Positions 30,858 to 40,231 of a DNA stretch of 64,000 bases are shown one piece after another. A program made the translations under genes and the position numbers. Numbering within the stretch: the first letter of the stretch is position 1; the number at the start of each line of letters is the position of its first letter. Location of the stretch: contig CAZTHK010000016.1 of the NCBI GenBank assembly GCA_964613215.1, positions 3,966-67,965 of the forward strand, read 5' to 3'. Source of the stretch: an uncultured bacterium (lineage in GTDB: Bacteria > Krumholzibacteriota > Krumholzibacteriia > Krumholzibacteriales > CAZTHK01). Below the pieces are notes generated by a model, which made no database searches, was not told the DNA's origin, and was given only the letters and a program-made list of their open reading frames with translations.

Positions 30858-31470
30858 GGCCCGGATTTTTAAAGCGTTTTAACCCGGATAATCAATAAAA
30901 ATAACATTTTTCTCAATCAACGGGATGCCAACTGATACAGTACTAATTATGCCGTTACAATTACTGTTTGCCTGGTTACCTCTAAAAATTAATAGATTTG
31001 GCCGGCGAAGTCATATTTCTTTCGCCAATAGCCCGGAAGACTGGAATGACTTTATGAATTAATTCTTAAAAAAGTAGAAACTTAGAAAGATCTTCCTGCT
31101 TCTCTTCATTACCGGCACTGAACTTATGTTTGTATTGTATGATATTAACTGACTTTTATCCACTCTCAGCGCTGGGACCAGTTGTCCGATAAGATACTTA
31201 ATCTGCTGGTTAACAGGAAATTACTCCTTCCACCAGATATCATTTCAGTTCCGACGTCGGAACTGGAAGCCGGATAAGATAAAGAATTCGTTGATTAACC
31301 GCAAAGTTGTGTTTAAGAATTAAACTCCGCCTGTTCATCACTTTCAACATATCAAAAATTTTTTCACCTGATCAGGTTAGGAACAGTTTCTGCATAATTA
31401 TACTCCAGTAGAAAAGATTACTTATATATGAATAAAAAATATCCCCCCCCGGGGGTAGTAAAGGGTAAAA

Positions 31471-32481
31471 ATGTTGCAATTTTCAATGCAGGACCGGTGT
31501 ATGATGGCAGTTTTAAGTGTAGAAGAGATACGGAAATCATTTCGTGAGGATATGACTCTTAAGAGGAGAGAGGTACTCCACGGGGTCTCGTTTCAGGCCT
31601 GCCGGGGAGAGGTACTCGGTTTCCTCGGTCCCAACGGAGCGGGGAAGTCTACTACTATCAAGATAATACTGGGGCTGGTAAGGCCCGACTCGGGCCGTGC
31701 GCTCCTGTTCGGAAAACCGGCCAGTGAGAAGGAGGCCCGCCGGAGGATCGGGTACCTGCCCGAGAATCCCTACTTCTTCCCCCATCTGACACTTAAGGAG
31801 TTTCTTAATTTCTGTGGCAGGTTGAATGGCCTCCGAAAGGACGAACTGGCCGGCAGGCGGGAGCGGATGATATCCGGTCTGGACCTGCAGGGGGCAGCGG
31901 ACGTGAGATTGAAGAGTTTCTCCAAGGGTATGATCCAGAGGGCCGGGCTGGCCCAGGCCATCCTCCATGATCCCGACCTGCTTATACTGGATGAGCCATT
32001 CTCGGGGCTCGATCCCCTGGGCAGGGCAAAGGTGAGGGATATACTGACGGAGCTGAAGAAGAGGGGAAAAACCATATTCTTCTCATCCCACATCCTCCCC
32101 GACATGGAGGATCTATGCGACCGTGCATGCATTATCAAGAATGGAAGGGTGGTAAATACGGTGGGCCTGGATGAGCTGATCCGGATGGGTGAGGGGAAGG
32201 TGGAGGTAACCGCCCGGTGTGATCAGAGCAGCTGCATTGAAGATATAATGGATTATCTGGACAGTTACGACAGCAGTGGTGATGAAGTGATGCTGGTGGT
32301 GAGGGAGCAGAAGTATGTGCGAACGGTGATCCAGCATCTCTACAACAGGGGAGCTGAGGTGCTCAAGGTTATAAACCAGCACCGGTCGCTGGAGAAACTT
32401 TTTCTGCGGGAGATCTCCGGGGAAGGGGAAAACAAGAGCAGAGAAATCGAGGAAGAGAAGGCTTCATTCATAGGATTCTAG
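31471..32481 (+). CDS. ABC transporter ATP-binding protein.
   Basis: Walker A GPNGAGKST, ABC signature, Walker B LLILDEP, H-loop. An alternative start is at 31501/31504 (MMAVLSVEEIRKSF). Confidence 0.75.
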   Translation: MLQFSMQDRCMMAVLSVEEIRKSFREDMTLKRREVLHGVSFQACRGEVLGFLGPNGAGKSTTIKIILGLVRPDSGRALLFGKPASEKEARRRIGYLPENPYFFPHLTLKEFLNFCGRLNGLRKDELAGRRERMISGLDLQGAADVRLKSFSKGMIQRAGLAQAILHDPDLLILDEPFSGLDPLGRAKVRDILTELKKRGKTIFFSSHILPDMEDLCDRACIIKNGRVVNTVGLDELIRMGEGKVEVTARCDQSSCIEDIMDYLDSYDSSGDEVMLVVREQKYVRTVIQHLYNRGAEVLKVINQHRSLEKLFLREISGEGENKSREIEEEKASFIGF

Positions 32482-32492
32482 GAGTAACCGAT

Positions 32493-33260
32493 ATGGAGGC
32501 AATATCAGGAATAGCGGTTAATACATTCAGGGAAACAGTGAGGGAGAAGCTTCTGTATGTGGCTGTCTCCTTCGGAGTGATACTGATAGCCAGTACCTAT
32601 GTGCTATCCCCCCTGGCGGTGGGAGCCAGGGATAAGATGGTGGTGGATGTGGGACTGGGGGGGATATCCATCCTGGCGGTTGTTACAGCCATATTCGTGG
32701 GGAGCACCCTGGTTAACAAGGAGATCAGAAAGAGGGCGGTACATATAATACTGACCAGGCCGGTCAACCGTCTGCAGTATATCCTGGGCAAGTTTGCCGG
32801 GGTGTTGACCGCCCTGTATATGATGATGCTGATAATGGCGGCCATACTTTCGGCCACCATACTGATAAGCAGGGGTGGAATAGAGACAGCCGTGCTGGCG
32901 GCGGTATACATGTCCATGCTGGAGGCGGCGGTGATGTGTTCGGTGGTAATATTCTTCAGCTCATTTACTTCCCCTGTGCTGACCATGTTCTTCTCGGTAT
33001 GTGTGTTTGTAGCTGGCAGCCTCAGCGGCGACCTGAGAGCCTTCACTGAGCGGTTCGGAGGTGTGGCGGTTAAGTTCATAATGGATGTGTTCTATTACAT
33101 ATTGCCCAACCTGAGTGTCTTCAACCTCCGCCACCAGGCGGTACACAATCTTGGTTTCAGCGCCGGGGATGTGGGGATGGCATCGCTGTACGCCTTGGCA
33201 TACTGCGGGGTGCTGCTCTACTTCGCCTATCTGCTGTTCAGCAGGAGGGAGTTTGCTTAG
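32493..33260 (+). CDS. ABC-2 family transporter permease.
   Basis: 255 aa, six predicted TM helices. Directly downstream of the ABC ATPase with a 11-nt gap. Confidence 0.65.
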   Translation: MEAISGIAVNTFRETVREKLLYVAVSFGVILIASTYVLSPLAVGARDKMVVDVGLGGISILAVVTAIFVGSTLVNKEIRKRAVHIILTRPVNRLQYILGKFAGVLTALYMMMLIMAAILSATILISRGGIETAVLAAVYMSMLEAAVMCSVVIFFSSFTSPVLTMFFSVCVFVAGSLSGDLRAFTERFGGVAVKFIMDVFYYILPNLSVFNLRHQAVHNLGFSAGDVGMASLYALAYCGVLLYFAYLLFSRREFA

Positions 33261-33344
33261 CGAATTATGAATTATTTCAAGCTCCATTGCAGGCACAGAG
33301 GATGTATGAACGATAAACACCGGATTAGGTAGAGATAAATAATT

Positions 33345-34046
33345 TTGACCATGGAACGGAACGATAAAATAAAAATCATAAAAATTGCAGCGGTTCTGGC
33401 AGCGCTTCTGGTTCTGTACGCCTCCGCCTCCACGGTGGAGGATATTGCCGCCCGCAATCTTGAGACTGAGGTTCTTTACCTCCCCTCCGGTGAATTTCTC
33501 CGGCAGGCTGCGCTGGGATATAAGAACCTGGCCGCCGACCTGCTTTGGCTGAGGACGGTTCAGTACTACGGGGGCTACAAGCTGGGGGAGAACAGCCTGG
33601 AGCTTTTCCGTCACCTGGTGGATGTAACCACCCGGCTGGATCCCAGGTTCAGGTTCGCCTATATATTCGGCGCGCTGATCATCGCCGAAGACCTGGGCTA
33701 TGTGGAACAGGGGGTGGAGATACTGGACCGGGGGATAGAAAACAATCCGGAGGACTGGTGGCTGGTCTTCGAGAAGGGATTTCTCCACTACGTATATCAG
33801 CGTGATTATGAAAGAGCACTGCAGTGTTTCAGGGAAGCTGCCCGGATGCCGGGGGCGGAAAGCATCACCAGAAGGTTCGCCGCCTATGTGGCCATGAAGG
33901 CGGGCCACCGCCAGACCAGTATACAGATGTGGAGGGAGCTGGCCAGAAAGAGCAATAATCCCGATATGAAGAAGCTGGCGGAGAGATATATTCAGAAATA
34001 CAGTGAGGGCGGGGATGAGGGGAACAGAAAAGAGGGCAAGAAATAG
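33345..34046 (+). CDS. TPR-repeat protein with an N-terminal membrane anchor or signal peptide.
   Basis: KIIKIAAVLAALLVLYASAS hydrophobic segment, then TPR-like helices (AALGYKNLAADLLWLRTVQYYG...). Ends 2 nt before the pilD start. Confidence 0.55.
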   Translation: MTMERNDKIKIIKIAAVLAALLVLYASASTVEDIAARNLETEVLYLPSGEFLRQAALGYKNLAADLLWLRTVQYYGGYKLGENSLELFRHLVDVTTRLDPRFRFAYIFGALIIAEDLGYVEQGVEILDRGIENNPEDWWLVFEKGFLHYVYQRDYERALQCFREAARMPGAESITRRFAAYVAMKAGHRQTSIQMWRELARKSNNPDMKKLAERYIQKYSEGGDEGNRKEGKK

Positions 34047-34048
34047 AC

Positions 34049-34813
34049 ATGGATTATTATTATCACACCCTGGCGGTAGTATTCGGGCTGATGGCGGGCT
34101 CCTTTCTAAATGTGGTGATACACCGCCTGCCCAGGGGGCAGTCGGTGATTAAACCCCGGTCGGCCTGTCCCGCCTGCGGAAGGACCATCCGCTGGTATGA
34201 GAATATCCCGGTACTCAGTTATCTGTTTCTGGGGGGCAGGTGTGCCGGCTGCGGGGAGAGAATATCATTGACCTATCCGGCTGTAGAATTTTCGGGCGGC
34301 CTGCTGGCTCTGGGAGTAAGCAGATATTTCGGTTTTACCTTGGATGCTCTTTTCCTGTACGCCTTCCTTATGGCTCTGCTGGCGATAACGGTAATCGACT
34401 GGAGACACCGGATAATACCCGATCCGATAAGTATCTCATTTATTCTGGCAGGAGTGGCCTGGAGTTTTGTTACCGGCAGGATCGATCCGGTCTCCTCTGT
34501 TCTGGGAGCTGTTGCCGGAGGCGGCGGACTGTACCTGATTGGAAGAATCTACCGGCTGATCAGGCATGCCGAAGGAATGGGAGGGGGGGATGTGAAGCTG
34601 ATGGCCATGATCGGCGCCTTTGTGGGGGTAAAACTTCTCCTGCCGGTTCTCCTGCTGGCCTCCTTCTTCGGGTCGATGTATGGGGTATATCTGATCAAAA
34701 GAGGGGGAGGTGGCAAGACATACGTGGCATTCGGTTCCTTCCTGGCACCGGCGGCGGCGGTGTGTGTTTTCTGGGGAAGCCATCTGGTGGGATGGTATCT
34801 GGGACAGCTCTGA
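34049..34813 (+). CDS. pilD: Prepilin peptidase / N-methyltransferase PilD.
   Basis: Tetra-Cys CPACGRTIRWYENIPVLSYLFLGGRCAGCGERIS, multiple TM helices, catalytic Asp-containing GGGDVKLMAMIGAFVG. Confidence 0.85.
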   Translation: MDYYYHTLAVVFGLMAGSFLNVVIHRLPRGQSVIKPRSACPACGRTIRWYENIPVLSYLFLGGRCAGCGERISLTYPAVEFSGGLLALGVSRYFGFTLDALFLYAFLMALLAITVIDWRHRIIPDPISISFILAGVAWSFVTGRIDPVSSVLGAVAGGGGLYLIGRIYRLIRHAEGMGGGDVKLMAMIGAFVGVKLLLPVLLLASFFGSMYGVYLIKRGGGGKTYVAFGSFLAPAAAVCVFWGSHLVGWYLGQL

Positions 34814-34935
34814 ACGGTTGGCACTTTGCACATATATCTTGCACATGTACCGTTATGCAGGTTTGGAGATTATATAAGGTGGCTCCTAATGGACTGATAA
34901 AGCATGAGTTATACGGACCTCTTATAACAGGGGGT

Positions 34936-34950
34936 TGGCACATTTGTTGC
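34936..34950 (+). promoter_or_regulatory. Sigma-54 -24/-12 promoter upstream of pilM.
   Basis: TGGCACatttgTTGC is a perfect match to TGGCAC-N5-TTGC, ~113 nt upstream of the pilM ATG at 35064. Confidence 0.65.
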
Positions 34951-35063
34951 GTCCAAGGGTGGTTGAGGTTGTGGATTTAGTTCACTGAGTATGAAGGTAA
35001 GCAAGCAAGAAATTAAAAAATAATGATCAGATTTCGTCACAGGCGAAGAAGGTTGGTATAGAG

Positions 35064-36134
35064 ATGATCTCATTACCTTTCAAGAAGAAAGCTAACACGG
35101 TGGGGTTGGACGTGGGGTCCAGTCAGATCAAGGTGTTTGAGATAGACAATTCCGGCGAGGTTCCCAGGGTGGTTCATTTCGGTCTTACCAAACTGCTGCC
35201 CGATGCCATAGTGGAGGGTGAAATAATGGACCGGAATCTGGTTATCGAGGGAATCCAGGAGTGTATCGAACAGGCCGGGGTATCCGGCAAAGAAGTAGTA
35301 TCGGCTGTTTCAGGCAGAGCTGTGATTGTAAAGAAGATTGTTATGGATAAGATGGCTCCCGAAGATGCCCAGGAGGCCATATTCTGGGAAGCGGAACAGC
35401 ATGTTCCCTTCGACATTGACGATGTCTGCCTGGATTTTCAGATACTCAAGGATGATATAGGAGCCGGCCAGATGGAAGTGCTTCTGGTGGCGGCCAAGAA
35501 GGATATGGTAAACATGCATTCCACCCTGCTCAGGGATGCCGGACTAAGGCCGGTGGTGGTGGATGTAGACTCTTTCGCCGTGCAGAACTGTTTCGAACAG
35601 AGCAGGGGAATGGCAGAGGGAGACGGAAGCAAGGTAATCGGCCTTATCAATGTGGGCAGTGAAGTGACCAATATCAACCTGATCCAGAATAAGGTCCCCC
35701 TGTTTACCCGGGATATCAGTGTGGGTTGTGAGAGCTTCATAGAGAAGCTTCAGAAGGAGCTGAACATAACCTACGAGGAGGGACAGGAGATTATCAGGGG
35801 GGATACCGGGGAGAGGGATGACAAGGATATCAAGAGAATCATAGCCGAATCGGTGGGGGATCTTTCCACCGGAATAGAGAGAAGTATCTCCTTCCTCAAG
35901 GCAGGGGAAGATGCGGATAAGATAGATGAAATCGTATTGAGCGGCGGAGGGGCTCATATTCCCTTCCTGGAAGAAATACTGGCTGAGAAGTATGAAATAG
36001 AGATATCTGTTCATGATCCCCTGTCCGGGATCGAAACCGAAGAGGGTGTCTTCGGGGAATATGAAGAGGAGATCGACAAGATTGCCCCATTGCTGGCAGT
36101 AGGAATTGGTCTCGCTTTGAGAAAGGCGGGTTAA
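35064..36134 (+). CDS. pilM: Type IV pilus assembly protein PilM (actin-like ATPase fold).
   Basis: 356 aa, N-terminal VGLDVGSSQIKVFEI, central INVGSEVTNINL (FtsA/PilM pattern). First gene of the pilMNOPQ block. Confidence 0.85.
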   Translation: MISLPFKKKANTVGLDVGSSQIKVFEIDNSGEVPRVVHFGLTKLLPDAIVEGEIMDRNLVIEGIQECIEQAGVSGKEVVSAVSGRAVIVKKIVMDKMAPEDAQEAIFWEAEQHVPFDIDDVCLDFQILKDDIGAGQMEVLLVAAKKDMVNMHSTLLRDAGLRPVVVDVDSFAVQNCFEQSRGMAEGDGSKVIGLINVGSEVTNINLIQNKVPLFTRDISVGCESFIEKLQKELNITYEEGQEIIRGDTGERDDKDIKRIIAESVGDLSTGIERSISFLKAGEDADKIDEIVLSGGGAHIPFLEEILAEKYEIEISVHDPLSGIETEEGVFGEYEEEIDKIAPLLAVGIGLALRKAG

Positions 36135-36137
36135 GTA

Positions 36138-36692
36138 ATGATTAGAATAAATCTTCTTCCACCGGAAGACAGAATCCAGAAACGCGAATTCAAATTGCCG
36201 GAGATGTCCAATATATATCCGGTAGCGGGGGTAGTCCTGTTTATAGCCGCCATGGTGATAACAGGTGCGCTGCAACAGCACAAGATCGGTGAATTGAATG
36301 ATAAGATAGAGTTGGCCAGAAAGGAATCCAAGAAACTGGCTCCCCAGCTCAAGAGGATAAAGAAGATCACCAGGGAGAGGGAAGAGGTGGACAAGAGGCT
36401 CTCTCTTATCACTACCCTGGACAGAAACCGTTACTTCAGAGTCAAGCTGCTCAACGATGTAAGTTTCAAGCTTCCGGGGAACTGCTGGCTGACCGATATC
36501 TCCGAAGTTACCCGGACCAGCTTCAATATCGACGGCATAGCATTCGATAATTACAAGATAGCTGATTTCATGAGCAATCTAAATTCTTCCACAATGGTAT
36601 CCAATGTGGATCTGAAAATAGCCGAGAAGGGCAAGGTGGAGAAGAGGGAAGTGATGAAATTCAGGTTGAGCGCGGACGTCGTGCCTCAATAG
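36138..36692 (+). CDS. pilN: Type IV pilus assembly protein PilN.
   Basis: MIRINLLP N-terminus, single TM, coiled-coil. Position between pilM and pilO. Confidence 0.75.
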   Translation: MIRINLLPPEDRIQKREFKLPEMSNIYPVAGVVLFIAAMVITGALQQHKIGELNDKIELARKESKKLAPQLKRIKKITREREEVDKRLSLITTLDRNRYFRVKLLNDVSFKLPGNCWLTDISEVTRTSFNIDGIAFDNYKIADFMSNLNSSTMVSNVDLKIAEKGKVEKREVMKFRLSADVVPQ

Positions 36693-36709
36693 AGAAGAGA
36701 GGTAATGGA

Positions 36710-37336
36710 ATGGATTTGAAAGATCCTAAGATACAGAAGATTATAATCGTGGGTATCATGGTAGTGATAGTGGGTTATCTCTATTTCTTCACCTCATTCA
36801 TGCCCTTCTTCTACCAGCCCAAGAAAGCAGAGATCGAATCACTGGCCACCGAATATGAGAAGATGAGTGCGGAACTGGAAAAGGCCAGAAGAACGGTTGG
36901 AAAACTGGAGAAACTGGAGAAGCAATATCAGAAGCTGCACAAGAAGTGGGTGGCTGCTCAATCCATGCTTCCGGAAGAGAAGGAGGTCGACCGGCTGCTC
37001 AGGAAGGTTACCAGGGCGGGTAACCAGGCGGGGGTTGATTTCACCCTGTTCCAGCCTAAGGGAACGGTCAGGAAGCAGTACATTATGGAAAATCCCGTGA
37101 GTGTGAAGATCAGGGGAGAGTACCATCAACTGGGGGCTTTTCTCTCCAAGGTGGCCAATCTGGACAGGATAGTCAATGTCTCCGGCCTTAATATAAAAAC
37201 TATCGAAGAGAGCAGGGGAAGAGACAGGAACAAGGTAGGCAGAAGTTATACCATAGAAGCGGAGATGACCCTTAAAGCCTTTACACTTCTGGAAGGTGGT
37301 GAGGTTGCCGATGAGACAGAAAAAGCGAGTTCATAA
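36710..37336 (+). CDS. pilO: Type IV pilus assembly protein PilO.
   Basis: Single N-terminal TM, coiled-coil, ~200 aa. Position in the pilMNOPQ block. Confidence 0.7.
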   Translation: MDLKDPKIQKIIIVGIMVVIVGYLYFFTSFMPFFYQPKKAEIESLATEYEKMSAELEKARRTVGKLEKLEKQYQKLHKKWVAAQSMLPEEKEVDRLLRKVTRAGNQAGVDFTLFQPKGTVRKQYIMENPVSVKIRGEYHQLGAFLSKVANLDRIVNVSGLNIKTIEESRGRDRNKVGRSYTIEAEMTLKAFTLLEGGEVADETEKASS

Positions 37337-37754
37337 TATGAGATATATTGCAGGAATCCTGATGGTAGCAGTAGTTGCGGCTTTCCTCGGTGACGCTGTT
37401 GCGGGGGATCATTCCTCTGACCGCAGTCTGAGGGATAAGAGATACTACTATAAGGCATTCGGAAGAAGGGATCCCTTCAAGAGCCTGATGGCGGGTGAGT
37501 ACGAAGAGGTGCAGGGAGACCTTCTGGATATATATTCGGTAAAGCTGGTAGGCATACTTTCAGGTGGTGTGGAGAAGTATGCCATGCTCGAAGATAAAAA
37601 CGGATTAGGATATATAATTAAGTCCGGCACTCCCATACAACACGGAAGCATAGTCTCAGTGGGGGAGCGTTCCGTGATTGCCAGAGTGACAATGTTCGGA
37701 CAGACTAGCAGTGTAACCCTCCGTCTGGAGAATGATAAATCGAAAGGGAGATAG
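37296..37754 (+). CDS. pilP: Type IV pilus assembly (lipo)protein PilP. Start uncertain: 37296, 37311 or 37338.
   Basis: Small protein with a signal/anchor (MRYIAGILMVAVVAAFLG) between pilO and the secretin gene. Confidence 0.55.
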   Translation: MVRLPMRQKKRVHNMRYIAGILMVAVVAAFLGDAVAGDHSSDRSLRDKRYYYKAFGRRDPFKSLMAGEYEEVQGDLLDIYSVKLVGILSGGVEKYAMLEDKNGLGYIIKSGTPIQHGSIVSVGERSVIARVTMFGQTSSVTLRLENDKSKGR

Positions 37755-37756
37755 AG

Positions 37757-39775
37757 ATGGCAGGCAAGCGTAAACTCGGAGTGACTTTGATTTCCATCCT
37801 TATACTGTCAGCACTGGGCTTTTCATCACTCGCTGCCGGGAATATGATCAACGATATAGAGGTTATCCGGAAGAGTAATTCGTTGACCCTGGAAATAACC
37901 AAGACCGGCCAGGTCAACTTCAACGCATTTCTGCTGGATGATCCCGCCCGCCTGGTGGTAGACTGTGTAGGGGCGGCTCACAATGTGGAATGGAGGGAGA
38001 AAGAGGTAAATAGTGGAATAGCACACCGGGTCAGAACCAATCAGTTCCAGCTGGAACCGGTGATGATAAGCCGGATCGTGGTGGATCTGAAGGGAAAATC
38101 TGACTACCGGATGTGGCAGGATGGGGACATCCAGTTCCTGGAATTGACCCAGGCGGATATAAAAGAAAATGCTTCCGGTGGAACCGGGGAGATGGGTCCG
38201 GTAGTAGCAGAGACCGAGAAGGAGACCTCCGGAAATAAAAAGGTCTCCGGCAGCACTGCTGCCGAGAATCTCTTCCCCGCAGCTGCGGGTCCTGTTCTGC
38301 CAGTGGTGGAACAGAAAGAGGAAAATCAGGAATCGGTGAAGCCTCAAACGGAAAAGAAGGATAAAGCCAGTTCCGATTCCCCTGAAAGCACCTCTCCTGA
38401 TACCGGGCAGCCGGAAGAGCAGGATTCCCCCTGGCTGGATGTAACCACCAGCGAACAGGAATCCAACGATGTTAAGACCGGGGAGGAAGATACCAGCCAA
38501 AAGATAATTCCCGCTCCGGTATCACAGAGGGTATCTCAGGATGCCAGGCAGGTTGTGCCCTGGAGCCAGAGCTATATGAGAGGTGCTCCGGCCGGTGGTG
38601 GCGGAACCGGAATGGGTGCCCGCAGAATAAATATTGATGCTCAGGGAGCGGATATAAAAACGGTACTCAGAACCATATCTGAGTTCGCCGGGATTAATAT
38701 AGTGGCAGGGAACAGGGTTGAGGGTGAAGTATTCTTGCATATAAAGGATGCCCCCTGGGAGGAGGCTCTGGAGGTTCTGCTGAGGGCTAACGGATACGGT
38801 TACCGGAGGGAATTCGGAATGATCAGGGTAGCTGAGGCGGCCAGTTTGAGGAAAGAAGAACTGGATAAGCAGACTGCCGAGAAGAAGAAGGAAGATCTCC
38901 TTCCTCTGGTAAACGAGATAATCTTTGTTAACAACTCCAATGCCGAAGAGATAGCTGAAGCCATGGAGAAGATACTGAGCGACCGGGGCAAGATAAGTGT
39001 GGACCGTGGCAGTAACGCTATCGTAGTAAAGGATATCGAGAAGAGAATAGCCAAAGTAAGAAAGATGGTGGAGCAGCTGGACCAGAAGAGCTTCCAGGTG
39101 GATATAAACGCCAAACTGGTAGAGGTGGATGTGGATGCGTCCCGGGAACTGGGAATAAACTGGAGCATGCTCAACCTTCACAGTTCGGATGTCAGCGGTA
39201 CCGGTAGTATAGAAGTGGACGAAAGTCTTCCCCTGTCGTCAGGTACGGTAAAGTTCGGCACGGTGAAGTCGTGGGGTGAACTGACCGCCATACTGCAGGT
39301 TATGGAGAAGAGGAATAAGGCCAATATAATCTCCAATCCACGGATAACCACCATGGATAACCGGGAAGCCGAGATTATCGTGGGTAAGGAAATTCCGTTG
39401 ATAGTTTCAGATGAAGCGGGTAACCCCATCACCGAGCTTACCAAGATCGGGATTATGCTCAAGGTCATCCCTCATGTTAATTCTGACCGCACCGTCACTC
39501 TGGATCTGCATCCTGAGGTGAGTGAACTTCAGTCAGAGTCGACCGAGCAGGGTGGAGTAATTATTGCCACCAGTGAAGCTGATACCAGGGTAGTGGTGGA
39601 TGATGGCGAAACTGCTGTTATCGGTGGTCTGATCAAGAATGTGGAATCGACAGTACATCAGGGCATTCCATTTCTCAAGGACCTGCCCATACTGGGTGGC
39701 CTGTTCTCGTCCACTTCCACAGCCAGCAGCAAACAGGAGCTGGTAATATTTGTAACACCCACTATCGTTGAATAG
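37757..39775 (+). CDS. pilQ: Type IV pilus secretin PilQ (AMIN domain, N-domains and secretin domain).
   Basis: N-terminal AMIN-like region (IEVIRKSNSLTLEITKTG...ARLVVDCVGA). C-terminal secretin signature NPRITTMDNREAEIIVGKEIP...VVVDDGETAVIGGLIKN...GIPFLKDLPILGGLFS...LVIFVTPTIV. Confidence 0.85.
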   Translation: MAGKRKLGVTLISILILSALGFSSLAAGNMINDIEVIRKSNSLTLEITKTGQVNFNAFLLDDPARLVVDCVGAAHNVEWREKEVNSGIAHRVRTNQFQLEPVMISRIVVDLKGKSDYRMWQDGDIQFLELTQADIKENASGGTGEMGPVVAETEKETSGNKKVSGSTAAENLFPAAAGPVLPVVEQKEENQESVKPQTEKKDKASSDSPESTSPDTGQPEEQDSPWLDVTTSEQESNDVKTGEEDTSQKIIPAPVSQRVSQDARQVVPWSQSYMRGAPAGGGGTGMGARRINIDAQGADIKTVLRTISEFAGINIVAGNRVEGEVFLHIKDAPWEEALEVLLRANGYGYRREFGMIRVAEAASLRKEELDKQTAEKKKEDLLPLVNEIIFVNNSNAEEIAEAMEKILSDRGKISVDRGSNAIVVKDIEKRIAKVRKMVEQLDQKSFQVDINAKLVEVDVDASRELGINWSMLNLHSSDVSGTGSIEVDESLPLSSGTVKFGTVKSWGELTAILQVMEKRNKANIISNPRITTMDNREAEIIVGKEIPLIVSDEAGNPITELTKIGIMLKVIPHVNSDRTVTLDLHPEVSELQSESTEQGGVIIATSEADTRVVVDDGETAVIGGLIKNVESTVHQGIPFLKDLPILGGLFSSTSTASSKQELVIFVTPTIVE

Positions 39776-39800
39776 ATTTTGCCCCTCCACTCACCGTCGT

Positions 39801-39844
39801 ATTCCCCGGGGGTCCTACCTGTAACCCCGGGGAATTCTTTTTTT
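39801..39844 (+). terminator. Rho-independent terminator after pilQ.
   Basis: 11-bp stem ATTCCCCGGGG / CCCCGGGGAAT with a 13-nt loop, followed by TCTTTTTTT. Confidence 0.7.
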
Positions 39845-40231
39845 AACCGGTATTATTCATGGATATTAACCTCAATCCGTCAAAATCCTGGTGACCGCAA
39901 CAGCGATTCTTACCCTCCATACGCCAACCCGTCCGGATTATACCTTCTCTTATTACTCCACAGCTGGTGGCGTTTGCGAATTAGAGAAATGGCAGAAAAA
40001 GTATCACCAGTCAGCCGCATGACCCGAAGGGGCAGGTTTTAATAATAGTGCCGGCACGTCTTGATATTGACTGGATGTGATCAAGCAGAATCAACCTGGT
40101 TTTGGAAGAAGTTCTGTTGATCGATGCGATTAAACTTGCCAGATACCTTTTCCCTTGTTAGCAGCAGAACCATTACTTATGCTCAAAACGGACGGTAAAT
40201 TTATATTATTTTCCGATAAAGGGAGGTTACT

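Noticed and set aside
32961-33908. 315-aa minus-strand ORF overlapping the ABC permease and the TPR gene. Similar long antisense ORFs occur at 35544..36281, 29372..29887, 49925..50509, 59077..59547 and elsewhere.
   Set aside because: GC-driven open frames opposite genuine genes. They lack RBS context and motifs and would create implausible complete overlaps.
34816-34831. TTGGCACtttGCAC downstream of pilD as a sigma-54 -24/-12 element.
   Set aside because: Wrong spacing between GG and GC. It is interpreted instead as part of the TGCA-repeat region (candidate enhancer).
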